Source: Paraspadella gotoi
Taxonomy: Eukaryota; Animalia; Chaetognatha
Assembly (NCBI GenBank): GCA_051294375.1
Contig: CM119264.1
Location: forward strand, 12,526,263-12,590,262
Length of the DNA stretch: 64,000 nucleotides
Direction of reading: 5' to 3'
Shown here: positions 26,129 through 45,713 of the stretch, one piece after another
Position numbering within the stretch: the first letter of the stretch is position 1
Layout: each line of letters starts with the position of its first letter
Notes under the pieces: generated by a model
Seen by the model: only the letters and a program-made list of their open reading frames with translations
What the model was told of the DNA's origin: nothing
The model's database searches: none
Translations under genes and position numbers: made by a program

Positions 26129-27039
26129 AAAGAGAGAACGAACAAAGATCGAAAAAAAAGGGATTGGTAGGGTAAAAAGATCGTCTGAAAATGAAAAGTC
26201 CAAATTGTCTAAATGGAACGAAGAGAATTGAACCCGAGAAAGTTAATATGTATATCTCTCTTGTTGCACTAGTGAAGGTAAATAGATCAAATTGTAAATT
26301 TATCAAAGCCAGAGAGAGATTTGAGAAGGTAGGAAAATGGAAAATAATAGAGATGAATAAATGAAAAACAATAGGAAAATCAGAGAGAGAGAGAAAAGAG
26401 GGAAAAAGGAAGGAGATGGATTTGTGGAGAGAGAGAGAGAGAAGAGAGAAAAGAGAGAGAGAGAGAGAGAGAGAGAGAAAGTTCGGAAACCAGCACGAAT
26501 GAGAAAAGATTAAAAGAAGAGAAATCAATCGGAACAAGAAAGTAATGAATGGGAAAGTGAAGAGAGAGAGAGTGAGACGCAAAGAAATGAGGAGAAAATA
26601 AAAGGGAGAATGAATTTCGGAGGAAAGGTAAGTGAAGGATGTGAAAGTGAGGAAAGGAGAAGAGGACTGTGAAGGTGAGGTTAGATTTTGATTAAATTCA
26701 TTTTCAACATGCATGGAAGAATTTTAATATTTAACAATATGTAAGAAATGCTTAAAATTTTTTTTTTTTGGAAATTTAAAGTTTTAAAAATGGATTCTGA
26801 TGAAATTTTAAAAGTTAGATAAAGGTTAGTATTACAAATTTAGTAAAAATAACCAACAACGACCAAGAGTATCAACACAATAATAACGGCACATTTACTA
26901 ATAACGCAACCATTTCTTTTTGATAGAGTAATAAATTATCCCCCTTCAAGTTTTATGGGAAAATGTTTCATTTAAAAGGAAAGAAGCTCGCTTAATGACG
27001 CTACTTTAATCGTGGAGTCAAGAAAGAAAAAATTTACGA

Positions 27040-27151
<112 letters not shown>

Positions 27152-27676
27152 ATCACTCATCTTGGCCGACGCCGCCATTATTTATGATACCTTTAAAAAA
27201 AAACTCATAAAAATTGTTTTCCGTCCATAAATTCATTTATTAATCCCGCGACACCGAGAATAATTACTTCTCACCATCAACTCAATCTTATCAAGTTTCT
27301 CTGTTGTAATAAAGAATATTAAAAGATTTTTTTTTTATAAATACTAACCGAGTGAACTGAAAAACATGGTCGAAAAATAGTCTTGCTTTCTCAGGTAAGT
27401 TTTTGAAACGTTTAAACATTGATGAGTATTACGTTAATAAACACCGATATTGTTCTTAACCTTTTGGCAATTAAGGATTTAAAATATTTTATCTCGCAGA
27501 CGTTCGCATCACATTTGAAATTTTGAACCGTCTTTCCATTTAAATATAAAAATATTTCTTTCTTTCTTGGAAAAGTTTTTTTAAAGTAAACTTCATAACC
27601 TAAGTATATACAAAAGATAAAAAAAATTATGTAGATACATAAAAGGTTAGTGAGTTAGAAAATCGCCTCAGTAGTA

Positions 27677-29330
27677 CAAATAAAAAAAACAATCAAAATT
27701 GTAAAAACATCAAAACTCTCTAGCGAAAATGGAAAATGAATCGTCGCATCTAAAAAAAAAAACAACAAAAAAACAAACAAAAACTGGAATCCACCGATTT
27801 CAGAGTTTCTCCTTTTTTTTCTTCTCAAATTCGGAGTAAAAGGTTTTTGAGTCGAGATATCGATTTTTTTTTCTTCTCCGCACTTCAGTCTTTAGACATT
27901 CAACGCCGCCGAGAAACAAAAAAAAAAAAAGCTTTCTGAGGCTTTTTATTTTTCGGAAGGTTTTTAACTTTTTTCTTCGGTTTATTCCTTAATACTGTTT
28001 CATCGTTTAAGTCAGGTTTGTTATATTCAATTCTACACGATAGTTGGGCACAGTTCCCGGTTCTCTCGCGCAATCGCGTCCTCTGGTTCTTCAATTAACT
28101 CAACCTCAGTGAACGATTTGACAGGTCGCTGTTTCTTTCCCCGAGTTTTTTTTTTCTTTCTCTTTTTTTTCATTTTTCTTTCTTTCCCTCCTTTTCCTTC
28201 TTTCTCTCTGCCTTCTTCTCTGGTTTTCCGAGTCAATTGTCAAGCGACTTTGAAAGCTTTGGTCGATACCTTTCTCTCGGTTTCCTTTTAAAACTCTTTA
28301 TTCTTTTCTTTCGCATCGTGAAATCTTCTCGATTTTTAAAGTTAGTCCTTTTTTTTTTCGAGGGCTAGATAATAGTAAATATTCTTCATATAATGCCCGC
28401 CGTTTCCCGCACCCGCTGGCATCTCCCCGGGGTCCCCCGCATCCGGCAATTCCCAGGCATTCTCCTGCATTCTCCTGCATTCCATGGCATCTCTAAAATT
28501 GCCAAATTGCAGCATCTCACACAGTGTTCTAGTTCATCTCCCGGTTTCTAAGAAAATTCATACTCTTTCCTTTCAGTCTCATTTTCATTCTCTGCCTTTT
28601 GTTTTTTTATTTCCTTTTGTAACCATCGCAGGAAATGTACCAGTAGATGGATCTGATAGACCAAATGGTTTGCCTCTCTTGTCTTTTCCGTGATTTTCTT
28701 CTGATTTTTAAATTCAAGTCTATTGTTAAAAAAATCACCTCGATTTCCTGAAAATCGATTCGTCTCAAAAAAAAAAAAAAAAAAAAAAGAGCAAAACGAC
28801 GGACAGAAACGTCGATGTGGTTTCGGGTGTCATCTCACTCACGCCCCAACTCCCTTCATAAATAAAGCTTTTTAACGCTTTTTATATTTTATCTGATACT
28901 CATAGTTTGTACACTCACAACGAAGGAAAGAAATCAAATTTTTGGTTGATGATTGATTTTGTAACTCCTTCGGTCAAAAAAAAAGATTTATTGACCCTTA
29001 TTAATCTTAGTTAATGATCTCGCCTGTTTAACTTTAATTTTAAACAGTACTTTTTCAATTTTCTTGATTTTCATTTTATTTTTCCCTTTGAAAGTGATTT
29101 CGTTTTCTCCTCCATTTTCCTCCTCTCCCTTCTTCTTTTCTTTCCCTATTCTTTTCTCTTCCTCTTCCATCTTTTTGTCCTTTCCTCCTCCTCTTCCTCA
29201 TCCTGCTCCTCCTCCTCACTTTCTTCCTTCTCTTCCTCTTTTCTTTCCTCCTCCGTTTCAATCTCCTCTCTATAAACTTCAGATATCATCTTTTCCCCCC
29301 CCAAGTCACCAGTTCTCCCTGTCCTTCTTC

Positions 29331-29398
<68 letters not shown>

Positions 29399-29535
29399 GA
29401 CTTTTTCTTTTCTCATTCTCTTCTTTCTCTCCCTTCTTCTATCCCCTCTTCCTCTTCCTCCTCCTCCTCATCCTCGCAAGCTCTTTTCATTCTCGCAATC
29501 CTTCTTTCCATCTATTCTACTCCAAACGTTCCTGG

Positions 29536-29608
<73 letters not shown>

Positions 29609-29897
29609 AAAGAGAGAGAGAGTGTCACAGAGAGAGGGTCACACGGATTCCGTCGCCTGTTTTCGTTTTCATTATCTCGACATTAAAAAAAAATTTCTTT
29701 CTAACTTCTTTGTTTTTTGTTTTCGCCTCTTTTTTTTATCTTCCCTTTTTTCCTCCTTTTTTTTGTTCCTTTTTTTCTCTTTCCTTTTTTTTGCTCTAAT
29801 AATCCCAAGTCCGTGACATTTTGGATTTTTTGACTTTATTGCCATATTTCATCTTCTCTTCTTTCTTTAACTCATGAACCTCTTCTCCTTGATCTCT

Positions 29898-29954
<57 letters not shown>

Positions 29955-30362
29955 TACATTACACACAAGTTTTTCCTCCACCAACATGTTCTGGATCAAA
30001 TAATTTTTTTCGCCATTACACAGAGCGTATGTAATGTATTTTTTCGTTCGACTAATTTACTCATCTTTGAATATTCTAAACTTAAAAAACTGTTATATTT
30101 TTTATCGTAAATTATGCCTAACTCACTTGTTCATCGGATGTTATCTTTCTAAATTCTTAACTTTCTTCCAAATCTTTTTTTTTTCTTTTTTCTTTCTTAA
30201 GGAAAAATCCATCTAAGCTCTTCTCTCTCTCTTCTCTCTCTCTCTCTCGCTCTCTTTTTTTTTTCTTTCCTCTCCCCTGTCCGTTCCAGATGCCAGCAAC
30301 CCGTTTGAAAACAAGCCTCTTTGCAAATGAATGTCCTGGAATTTTTAACTTATCAATCTTAG

Positions 30363-30420
<58 letters not shown>
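27677..30420 (+). repeat. Duplicated block X, forward copy
   Basis: Reverse complement of 36826-39659, for example caaataaaaaaaacaatcaaaattg versus caattttgattgtttttt..tatttg. Confidence 0.92.
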
Positions 30421-30435
<15 letters not shown>

Positions 30436-30439
<4 letters not shown>

Positions 30440-33400
30440 TTTTAATAACTAAGACGCGAACTAAATTGATCGAAATCGGAAAAGTTCTAGCTAATGGAAT
30501 ATTTTTGGATCAGCGCTCAGCGACTTCGATCAAAAGGTAAGTTAATCCTATTTATCGATTTGAAATTTTATACTTTTAACTAATTCTAATTTCTAATTCC
30601 TAAAAGAGATGTAATTAAAAAAAACTTTTTTTTTCAAAACATTGTGGCAATTTATTACAACATCCAAGATTACATTCAATAAAGAACAACAAATCCAGCA
30701 TTTCGATTCGATTTCAATTTCCTTCTTTGTTGCCTTCATTTCCTTTTCAGCCTCATTGTTTAGTCAACAAAGCTTAGGACTGAATCAATGAACGTCCGTG
30801 GTTCGAGGTTGACATCCTCTTTCCTTTAAATAATTGTGCATTACTTCTGAAATTCGACAGTTTAAAAAAAATAAACTGATATATTACATATTATTTCATA
30901 CTATTACATATTATTACATAATATAATATATAATAAATACTATTATACATATAATAATACATTAAATATTATTACATATTATTATACATATATATATACA
31001 TACATACACAATATTATACATTATATAATATTACATATTATTTCAAAACTAAATTACTGTATTCAAATGGCGGACGATATTTACTATGCGTCCCACATTC
31101 ATTCCGTAATGAGTTTGTCGAGGAAACGACGACGCGACGACGACGACGACGACGAACAAACGACACTGAAGGCGTAATTCCCCAGGTCGTTATAGAATCC
31201 CCCGACTGGATTGGTTTTCTCTCGTTCATTTCATTACGTTTTCTGGTTTCATTTGTTTTTTTTAAATTTTTTTATTATTGGGCCTGTTTGTCGTTTCGGC
31301 CCTAATGCCGTGGTGTGTTTGTTTTATCTCACATTCGCAGAGGTGATTACGTAGCGTTTCATTTAAATGTTTTTTTTTTAAAGCTACTGATGAATTTTCT
31401 AGAGGATTTTTAAAAGCACGAGTCTCTTTAATTTTTTTAGTTTGGTTTTGCATCGAATTTGATTCCTTTTGTTTAATTTAGAGCAAAAGTTATAGGATCC
31501 TAATCGTTTCATTTGTTAGTCTAATCGGTTTGGTTAAGTTCATTTGTTATTCTAGTCGTTTAGTTAATAATTTTATTTAGTATTTTAAACACGTGGATTA
31601 ATAAAAAAAAGGTCGGCGCTCCGAGTTTCGGCTTCTATAGATTTCCAACCTAATTATTATCCGAAAAACAAAGGATAAATAAAAAAACACTGGGCGGGAG
31701 TTAAAAGAAATTATTTCAATAGAATAAAAAAAATAATATATTCGTCTTCAGAATTCGCTTCATTTCCTCGACATTTTCTTATTCTTGCTCAGTCTAGTAC
31801 GAGTTTGATTCTCTACACTCCGTGGCTCATTTTTATTTCATTTTTTGACCAGTTCATTGGTTATTGGGTTATTGGTTCATACAGTACGATGCTTTGCTCT
31901 CCCAGTTTCGTCCCTCTGACTTTTATAATTTCTTTTTTGCTAAACTCTTTCCCCTCAGCCTCAACTTCAATCTCGTTTGGTTTTATTTAATAAAAAAATT
32001 AAAGACTATAAAATTGGAAAACTAAATACTTGAACATGAAAAAAAGAATCTTTATAATTTGCCGTAAGGTGAAGTCCGTAAAGAAAAAGAAAGAAGAAAG
32101 ATTTTTTAGAAGACTATGCATCAGACATGTGGTGTTCAGAGCGAATATGCGACATCAACAATGTGCAAAAAAAATTTCTCCGTTTTTTTAAAAGAAATTT
32201 ACAACGAACTTGAAATACTGATAAGACGACTGAAAAAATATTCACTGATAGAGGCAGAAATGATGAAAAGAAAGAAAAGAAGGGAAATCTTGGGGGAATT
32301 GAAAATATCGACGACCCCCCAGAAACAAAAAGAAAGAAAAAAATAAGAAGAAAGAACGCTGGCAGGCTTCCATTAGTCCGGCTTGTAAAAAATATTATGT
32401 AATATTAAATTTTGGACTTTTTGATAAATATACGTAGCAAAAAAAACAAAGAGACACCTTGAAATCATGTAGTGGTAGTGAGGGAGGCGCTTTAAGAGTG
32501 CGCACATTGCATATCCGGTTTGGATAGAGAGTGATAAAGTTGAAGCACGAATTGGCAAATTTTTTTTGGACGGATGGAGAGTTGCTGAATTAACTAAAGC
32601 GATTAATAGATATATTATAGGAAGCTGATGATAAATGACAAAAGGATATTGAGAAGTCGAAGTTGGGAAGTCTAAAAAAAGGAGATGGAGAAAAGGAGGG
32701 AGTAAAGTTAATGAAGTATTGTGTTGGTTTTTAAAAAAGCGATTCCATTTCTCTCTCCTCTCTCTCTCTTTCTCCTCTTCTCTCTCTCTCTCTCTTACTC
32801 TTATTTCTCTCTCTCTCTTGTTTCACCAACCCATGGGGGGCATCTTTATTTTTTTTCGATTTCACGGAGCGTAACCATAAACACCAAGACAAAAACGTTA
32901 TGGTCATTGTTTTTTCTCTGTTATGCTTTCAAGTGTTTACTGGATGACTTGTCACACCCTATAGATTGAAGTTATATGCTATTAGTTATATTTTTCTTCT
33001 ATGCTACATTTACAAACAATTAATTAAATTCAACAAGATAAACTAAGAAATTGGGGCTTTCCCCAGAAATCTGCCTGGAAAAATTACGCAAACTTAACTC
33101 ACGAAATTGGTTCATTTTGCAGAATTTATGCTTCTCAGTCGTTCAACATCTTTGAGAGAGAGACTTTAATAACAGCGAGGGGCCTTCTATAGATCCCGTT
33201 TTGCCTAACTGGCCTTGAAGGAAGGGAAAAGGGATAAAAGGGGAAAAGCGATTAATAAGCGTCTGGATGTCTAGAATCGAACCATTTTTCTCTGTTGGTT
33301 CCCCGTTTCGAGGCAATCGAGGCACGAGGAACGAATGATTTAAGGCCAGTTGGAAACTGGCGAAAGAGGGGGAGAAAATAAGAGAGGGTGGAAAGAGTGT

Positions 33401-33464
33401 TAATAGATAGAAGAGAGGAGAGGAGAGGAGAGGAGAGAGAGAGAGAGGGAGGAGAGGGGAGGAG

Positions 33465-33501
<37 letters not shown>

Positions 33502-35540
33502 CCTGGGGAATAAAGCAGGAGAGAAAATGATTTAAAGGGCGGAGAGAGAATAATGAGTTGGCAACATAAGAGTGGGAAGTTATTCATTAAGGGCGACTTG
33601 AGAAGAAATATACGAGAAGAAAGGCATTTTCAATGCATCGGCACGTGGAAACCAGAGAGGAACGAATATTTTTAAGTAAGAGAATTAAAAATAGACACTA
33701 TACAGTTAAACGTAACGATCAAGAAATCAGGCGTTCTATTTAATTGCTATCGTTATAAATAAACTATTTAAATATATTCAGGATAACGTTTTAAAACGAT
33801 CCAATAAAAGACAAGAAACGAATAGACAGAAACATTATTAGTGAAAAAAAAAGAGTACAATAAAAATGGGCTTAGGAACGAGAAGCAATGAGACGGCGGG
33901 ATGCATCTCTCTCTCTCTCTCTCTCTCTCTCCTCTCTCTCGCTCTCTCTCTCTCTCTCTCAGTCAAAGGATTATTGAAAAAGAGCAAAAAAAGCTGAGGT
34001 TTTGACGAACTCGTTTTTTTTTTCGCCCAAATTTATTTTACATTTTTTCTTGATTATTTTATTCCTTTTTTTTCTGTGGCTGAAATTGGTTTTTGCATTA
34101 CAGAGTCTGAAAGGAAATTGATGAAGTATTCTGCGACCATAATGAATTATCTAACATTTTATTTCTGAGTTGAAACGCTATTCATATAACATATTAACTA
34201 TTACTTTGCAATAAGAGATTAGATAAAATCATGAATTTTATCATCAAAAAGTTTTAAAGAAAGAATTAACATGGACGTCGCTGTACGAGGGTAATTCGTA
34301 GGAGGAATCATAAAGATGTAGAACGACGACGACGGACGACGACGACGCGACGACGACGACGAGACGACGACGGACGACGCGACGACGAGACGACGACGAC
34401 GACGGACGACGCTTGAAGGGGTGCCCCGGGCACTGATTGGTATAGGCGTCCGACTCATTATCGTTAGATCGTTCGTCAATTGTCTCGGAAGTTTTATTGC
34501 CTTACCTACTTCCAGTTGGTTGAATCGTTAGAAGAGTTTTCTTTCAAATTTCGTTTTGTTTTGATCTTCACTGTACTATCTGTATCGTGTGATTTGTATA
34601 TGCTTTTAATTTACTAGTATTAAATTTAAACCTAATGATTATTAAGCGATTCTGAATGAGCTTGAGTTACGTGACTCGAACTTTCTCTTTCGTGTGATTT
34701 GTGTTCTTGTTCATTCTCTCACCACTTATTATTTCAGTTTCAGGGTTCCTCATGCGCCTGACAATGACACGTGTGTGAACTTAATGACGACGCACATCGA
34801 CGCTCTCGACGACGACTCTCGTACGATCGGTGAAATTTGCTCATTACCGTTCTCGACGTGAATACGGGCTTGGTCACCGGAACGTCGTGCAATTTACGTA
34901 ATTCATATCTTTAGGATATGGTGAGAACTTGGAAATAGACTACTCTTCTCTCTCTCTCTCTCTCTTGCTCTCTCTCTCTCTCTTCTCTCTCTCCTCTCTC
35001 TCTCTCTCTCTCTTCTCTCTCATACTCTCTTTCTCTCTCTCTCTCTCTTTTCTCCAGGCGTCCATCCCACAATAGGAGGCAGGGAAACACGTGAAAATCG
35101 GATGTGGGTCAATTCTGAGCGGCTGTAAAATTACCGTTTGTGCGACGTTTGTGCGACGACGATCGCACTAGCGGAAGAAATGCGGAATTGGGCATGGCAC
35201 GCGAGATACTACGAGAAAGCGTTATTTCTTCGCGATTACTTTAAGCGAAGACCCTAAAATTCGGAAATATTAACTGATGCGTAGTTTGAGAGTTTTCCCA
35301 ATGTCAATATTAAAAATTTACTTACCAAAGAACAGGATTTAAAGATTCTCAATAACTATAAAAAAGTTTGAAATGACTGTTTCGAATAACAAATTCAACG
35401 GCGCGGTCGCACTCGCTGATGCAGCATTAATTTTCTTATTCTACTGGTCGCATCTGCGCATATTTCTTTGCCACTGTACATCGAGTAGTCCGTCTCTCAA
35501 GTTTACCTGGGATATTTAATTTACAGCGTTTTTCTATTCG
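30436..35540 (+). repeat. Duplicated block Y, copy 1; similarity decays after ~34500
   Basis: cgctttttaataactaagacgcg occurs at 30436 and 39679; collinear up to ~35540 / ~44770. Confidence 0.92.
30889..31040. repeat. Degenerate (ATATTAC)/(TA)-rich repeat
   Basis: atattacatattat units; second copy at ~40129-40293. Confidence 0.8.
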
Positions 35541-36102
35541 ACAGCTCTTCTCTGAGTGCATCGCTCGAGTCTGCTCATCTCTCTCGTCTCTCTCGTCGAT
35601 CAATGCAATAGTCATCTAACTGATCATTACTTGTCATTAGATGGGGAGGAAGAAAGATATAACCGGATAGTGGCACATTAAGAGGGGAAGAGTGAGCGCG
35701 CAGTTATATTTAGCAGAAATCATTAATCGTTTGCAATAATGAAGAAGAAAATGAAAGAATAAAGGATAGAGAGATAAGAAAGAGGGTAATGCAACCTGTT
35801 TGAGCAGCTTCATCTCGTACTCAATCGATATACTCATCTCACTCTCTTCTCTCTCTCTTCTCTGCTCTCTCTCTTTCTTCTCTCTCTTCTTTTATCATCC
35901 GAGAGATATTATCTAAACCAGATGGCTATTTCTATTTATACTATCAAATAAATTACCTAGACGATCTTCAATCAGCGCAATAAATAGAGTTATTTTTCTC
36001 TATTGTTTAATTTTTCCCAGATTCTTCTTTACCTTATCGCCTATATTCTCCGACTCACGTTATCTTTCACCCCCTAGNNNNNNNNNNNNNNNNNNNNNNN
36101 NN

Positions 36103-36394
36103 GAGAGAGAGAGTGTCACAGAGAGAGAGTCACACGGATTCCGTCGCCTGTTTTCGTTTTCATTCTCATCGACATTAAAAAAAATTTCTTTCTTAACTTC
36201 TTTTGTTTTTGTTTTACGCCTCTTTTTTTTATCTTTCCCTTTTTTCCTCCTTTTTCTTTGTTGCCTTTTTTTCTCTTTCCCTTTTTCTTGCTCTAAATAA
36301 TCCCAGTCCGTGACATTTGGATTTTTTTGACGTTTATTGCCAATAAATCATCCTTCTCTCTCTCTTCTTTAACTCATGAACCTCTTTTCTTCCT

Positions 36395-36442
<48 letters not shown>

Positions 36443-36460
36443 CTCTCGTTCTCTCTCTCC

Positions 36461-36493
<33 letters not shown>

Positions 36494-36800
36494 TCTCCTT
36501 AATACACACAAGATTTCTCCTCCACCAACATGTTCTGGATCAAATTAATTTTTCTTCGCCATTACACAGAGCGTATGTAATGTATATTTTTCGTTCGACT
36601 TATTTACTCATCTTTGAATATTCTAAACTTAAAAAACTGTTATATTTTTTATCGTAAAATTTATGCCTCAACTCACTTGTTCATCGGATGTTATCTTTCT
36701 AAATTCCTTAACTTTCTTCCAAATCTTTTTTTTCTTTCTTTCTTTTCTTTCTTAAGGAAAATCTCCATCTAGCTCTCTCTCTCTCTCTCTCTCTCTCTCT
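36103..36800 (+). repeat. Third, partial forward copy of block X (~29610-30245) between two 25-N gaps
   Basis: gtgtcacagagagagagtcacacggattccgtcgcc...ccatctagctctc matches ~29620-30230. Confidence 0.9.
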
Positions 36801-36825
36801 NNNNNNNNNNNNNNNNNNNNNNNNN

Positions 36826-36848
36826 GAGACGAGAGAGAGAGAGGAGAG

Positions 36849-36898
<50 letters not shown>

Positions 36899-37333
36899 AG
36901 GAGAGAGAGTCTCTAAGATTGATAAGTTAAAAATTCTAGGACATTCATTTGCAAAGAGGCTGTTTTCAAACGGTTGCTGGCATCTGGAACGGACAGGGGA
37001 TAGAGAAAGAAAAAAAAAAGAGAGCGAGAGAAAGAGAGAGGAGAGAGAGAGAGAGAGAGCTTAGATGGAGATTTTCCCTTAAGAAAGAAAAGAAAGAAAA
37101 GAAAAAAGATTTGGAAGAAAGTTAAGAATTTAGAAAGATAACATCCGATGAACAAGTGAGTTGAGGCATAATTTACGATAAAAAATATAACAGTTTTTTA
37201 AGTTTAGAATATTCAAGATGAGTAAATTAGTCGAACGAAAAATATACATTACATACGCTCTGTGTAATGGCGAAGAAAAATTAATTTGATCCAGACCATG
37301 TTGGTGGAGGAGAATCTTGTGTGTATGTAAGGA

Positions 37334-37378
<45 letters not shown>

Positions 37379-37386
37379 GAGGAGAG

Positions 37387-37434
<48 letters not shown>

Positions 37435-37718
37435 AGGGAGAAAAGAGGTTCATGAGTTAAAGAAGAGAAGAGAAGATGATTTATTGGCAATAAACGTCAA
37501 AAAATATCAAAATGTCACGGACTTGGGATTATTTGAAGCAAGAAAAAGGGAAAGAGAAAAAAAGGCAACAAAGCAAAAAGGAGGAAAAAAGGGAAAGATA
37601 AAAAAAGGGGCGTAAACAACAAAACAAAAGAAGTTAAGAAAGAAATTTTTTTTTAATGTCGATGAGAATGAAAACGAAAACAGGCGACGGAATCCGTGTG
37701 ACTCTCTCTCCTGTGACA

Positions 37719-37774
<56 letters not shown>

Positions 37775-37942
37775 CTCTTTCTCCTCTCCTCTCTCTCTCT
37801 CGCCAGGAACGTTTGGAGTAGAATAAGATGGAAAGAAGGATTGCGAGAATGAAAAGAGCTTGCGAGGATGAGGAGAGAGGAGGAAGAGGAAGAGGAGGAT
37901 AGAACGAAGGGAGAGAAAGAAGAGAATGAGAAAAGAAAAAGT

Positions 37943-38009
<67 letters not shown>

Positions 38010-39659
38010 GAAGAAGGAAGGACAGGGGAGAACTGGTGACTTGGGGGGGAAAAGATGATATCTGAAGTTTATAGAGAGGAGATTGAAACGGAGGAGGAAA
38101 GAAAAGAGGAAGAGAAGGAAGAAAGTGAGGAGGAGGACAGGATGAGGAAGAGGAGGAGGAAAGGACAAAAAGATGGAAGAGGAAGAGAAAAGAATAGGGA
38201 AAGAAAGAAAGAAGGAGAGGAGGAAAATGGGAGAAAACGAAATCACTTTCAAAGGGAAAATAAAATGAAAATCAAGAAAATTGAAAAAGTACTGTTTAAA
38301 ATTAAAGTTAAACAGGCGAGATCATTAACTAAGATTAATAAGGGTCAATAAATCTTTTTTTTGACCGAAGGAGTTACAAAATCAATCATCAACCAAAAAT
38401 TTGATTTCTTTCCTTCGTTGTGAGTGTACAAACTATGAGTATCAGATAATAATAAAAAGCGGTTAAAAACTTTATTTATAAGGAGTTGGGGGCGTGAGTG
38501 AGATGACACCCCGAAACCACATCGACGTTTCTGTCCGTCGTTTTGCTCTTTTTTTTTTTTTTTTTTTTTTTTTGAGACGAATCGATTTTCAGGAAATCGA
38601 GGTGATTTTTTAACAATAGACTTGAATTTAAAAATCAGAAAGAAAATCACGGAAAAGACAAGAGAGGCAAACCATTTGGTCTATCAGATCCATCTATTGG
38701 TACATTTCCTGCGATGGTTACAAAAGGAAAATAAAAAAACAAAAGGCAGAGAATGAAAAATGAGACTGAAAGGAAAGAGTATGAATTTTCTTAGAAACCG
38801 GGAGATGAACTAGAACACTGTGTGAGATGCTGCAATTTGGCAATTTAGAGATGCCATGGAATGCAGAGAATGCAGGAGAATGCCTGGAATTGCCGGATGC
38901 GGGGGACCCCGGGGAGATGCCAGCCGGGTGCGGGAAACGGCGGGCATTATATGAAGAATATTTACTATTAATCTAGCCCGAAAAAAAAGGACTAACTTTA
39001 AAAATCGAGAAGATTTCACGATGCGAAAAAAAAGAATAAAAGAGTTAAAAGGAAACCGAGAGAAAGGTCATCGACCAAAGCTTTCAAAGTCGCTTGACAA
39101 TTGACTCGGAAAACCAGAGAAGAGCAGAGAGAAAGAAGGAAAAGGAGGGAAAGAAAGAAAAATGAAAAAAAAGAGAAAGAAAAAAAAAACTCGGGAAAGA
39201 AACAGCGACCTGTCAAATGTTCACTGAGGTTGAGTTAATTGAAGAACCAGAAGACGCGATTGCGCGAGAGAAGCGGGAACTGTGCCCAACTATCGTGTAG
39301 AATTGAATATAACAAACCTGACCTTAAAACGATGAAACAGTATTAAGAGAATAAACCGAAGAAAAAAGTTAAAAAACCTTCCAAAAAAAAAAAGCCTCAG
39401 AAAAGCTTTCTTTTTTTTGTTTCTCGGCGGCGTTGAATGTCTAAAGACCTGAAGTGCGGAGAAGAAAAAAAATCGATATCTCGACTCAAAAACCTTTTAC
39501 TCCGAATTGAGAAGAAAAAAAAGGAGAAACTCTGAAATCGGTGGATTCCAGTTTTTGTTTGTTTTTTTTGTTTTTTTTTTTAGATGCGACGATTCATTTT
39601 CCCATTTTCGCTAGAGAGTTTTTGATGTTTTTACAATTTTGATTGTTTTTTTTTATTTG
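36826..39659 (-). repeat. Duplicated block X, inverted copy
   Basis: Starts right after the 25-N gap at 36801-36825; collinear in reverse with 27677-30420. Confidence 0.92.
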
Positions 39660-39660
39660 C

Positions 39661-44770
<5,110 letters not shown>

Positions 44771-44797
44771 GAGAAAGAGAGAGAGAAATACAGAGAG

Positions 44798-44828
<31 letters not shown>

Positions 44829-45085
44829 AAAATAGAAAGAAAGAAAGAAAGAAAAATAGAAAGAAAGAAAAATAGAAAGAAATAAAGAAAGAGAGAAAGA
44901 AAGNNNNNNNNNNAGAAAGAAAGAAAGAAAGAGAGAAAGAAAGAGGGAAAAAGAGAGAGAGTGAGTAGAGAGAGAAAGAGAGAGGCTTCCAAGAGCCGGA
45001 AAGTCCATTAGCATATTAAGGAGGACGTTTCGCGCCGAATTTTAAACAAAAGCCGGACGGAACCGATCATCGGTGGGATGGATGC

Positions 45086-45120
<35 letters not shown>

Positions 45121-45713
45121 CTCCTCTCTCTTCGCGAAGCGGATCTCGTCTCTCTTCTCCTTCATGTCTCTCTCTCTCTCTCTCTCATCTCCCTCACACC
45201 CCTTTTCCCTCTTAAAACTCTTCAATATTACCCCGCTTACAATGACAAACAACCCAAACAAACTCGTCAAAACGAGGCCCATCCACCGTATGTAACCGTT
45301 TGTCCCAATCGGGATGTAACCGGAAATAACGCTTCGATACGTCCCGATCGGCTGAATAATCCGGATGTAACGGAATTTTCCGGGTTTTTGTTGTTGTTGT
45401 TGTTGTTTTGTTTTTTTTACGAGGGACATAAATTGTTGTCGTTCGTCGAGTGAACATCTTCGTCGCCGACTGCGTCGCAGAATGTCGCGACGGATTGGGT
45501 CCCCGACTCCAGACAGAACGGTTGGAATTTAAATACTTGTGGCGAACCGGAATGGATGGACCGGATGGACAGGATGGAGGCTTTTAAACAATAGCGAGGT
45601 TTTCAGTTGCACCCGCGGTTGTCGGTTTGTCTGTCCCACTTACGTTTCGAATGCTAACGTCTCGGGTATTAATGAATCTATTTATTTAATACTAAGTAGT
45701 GAGGCGATGTTTT

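Noticed and set aside
30790-30812. Pol III box B-like GGTTCGA (also near 17148 and 54011)
   Set aside because: No properly spaced box A and no cloverleaf.
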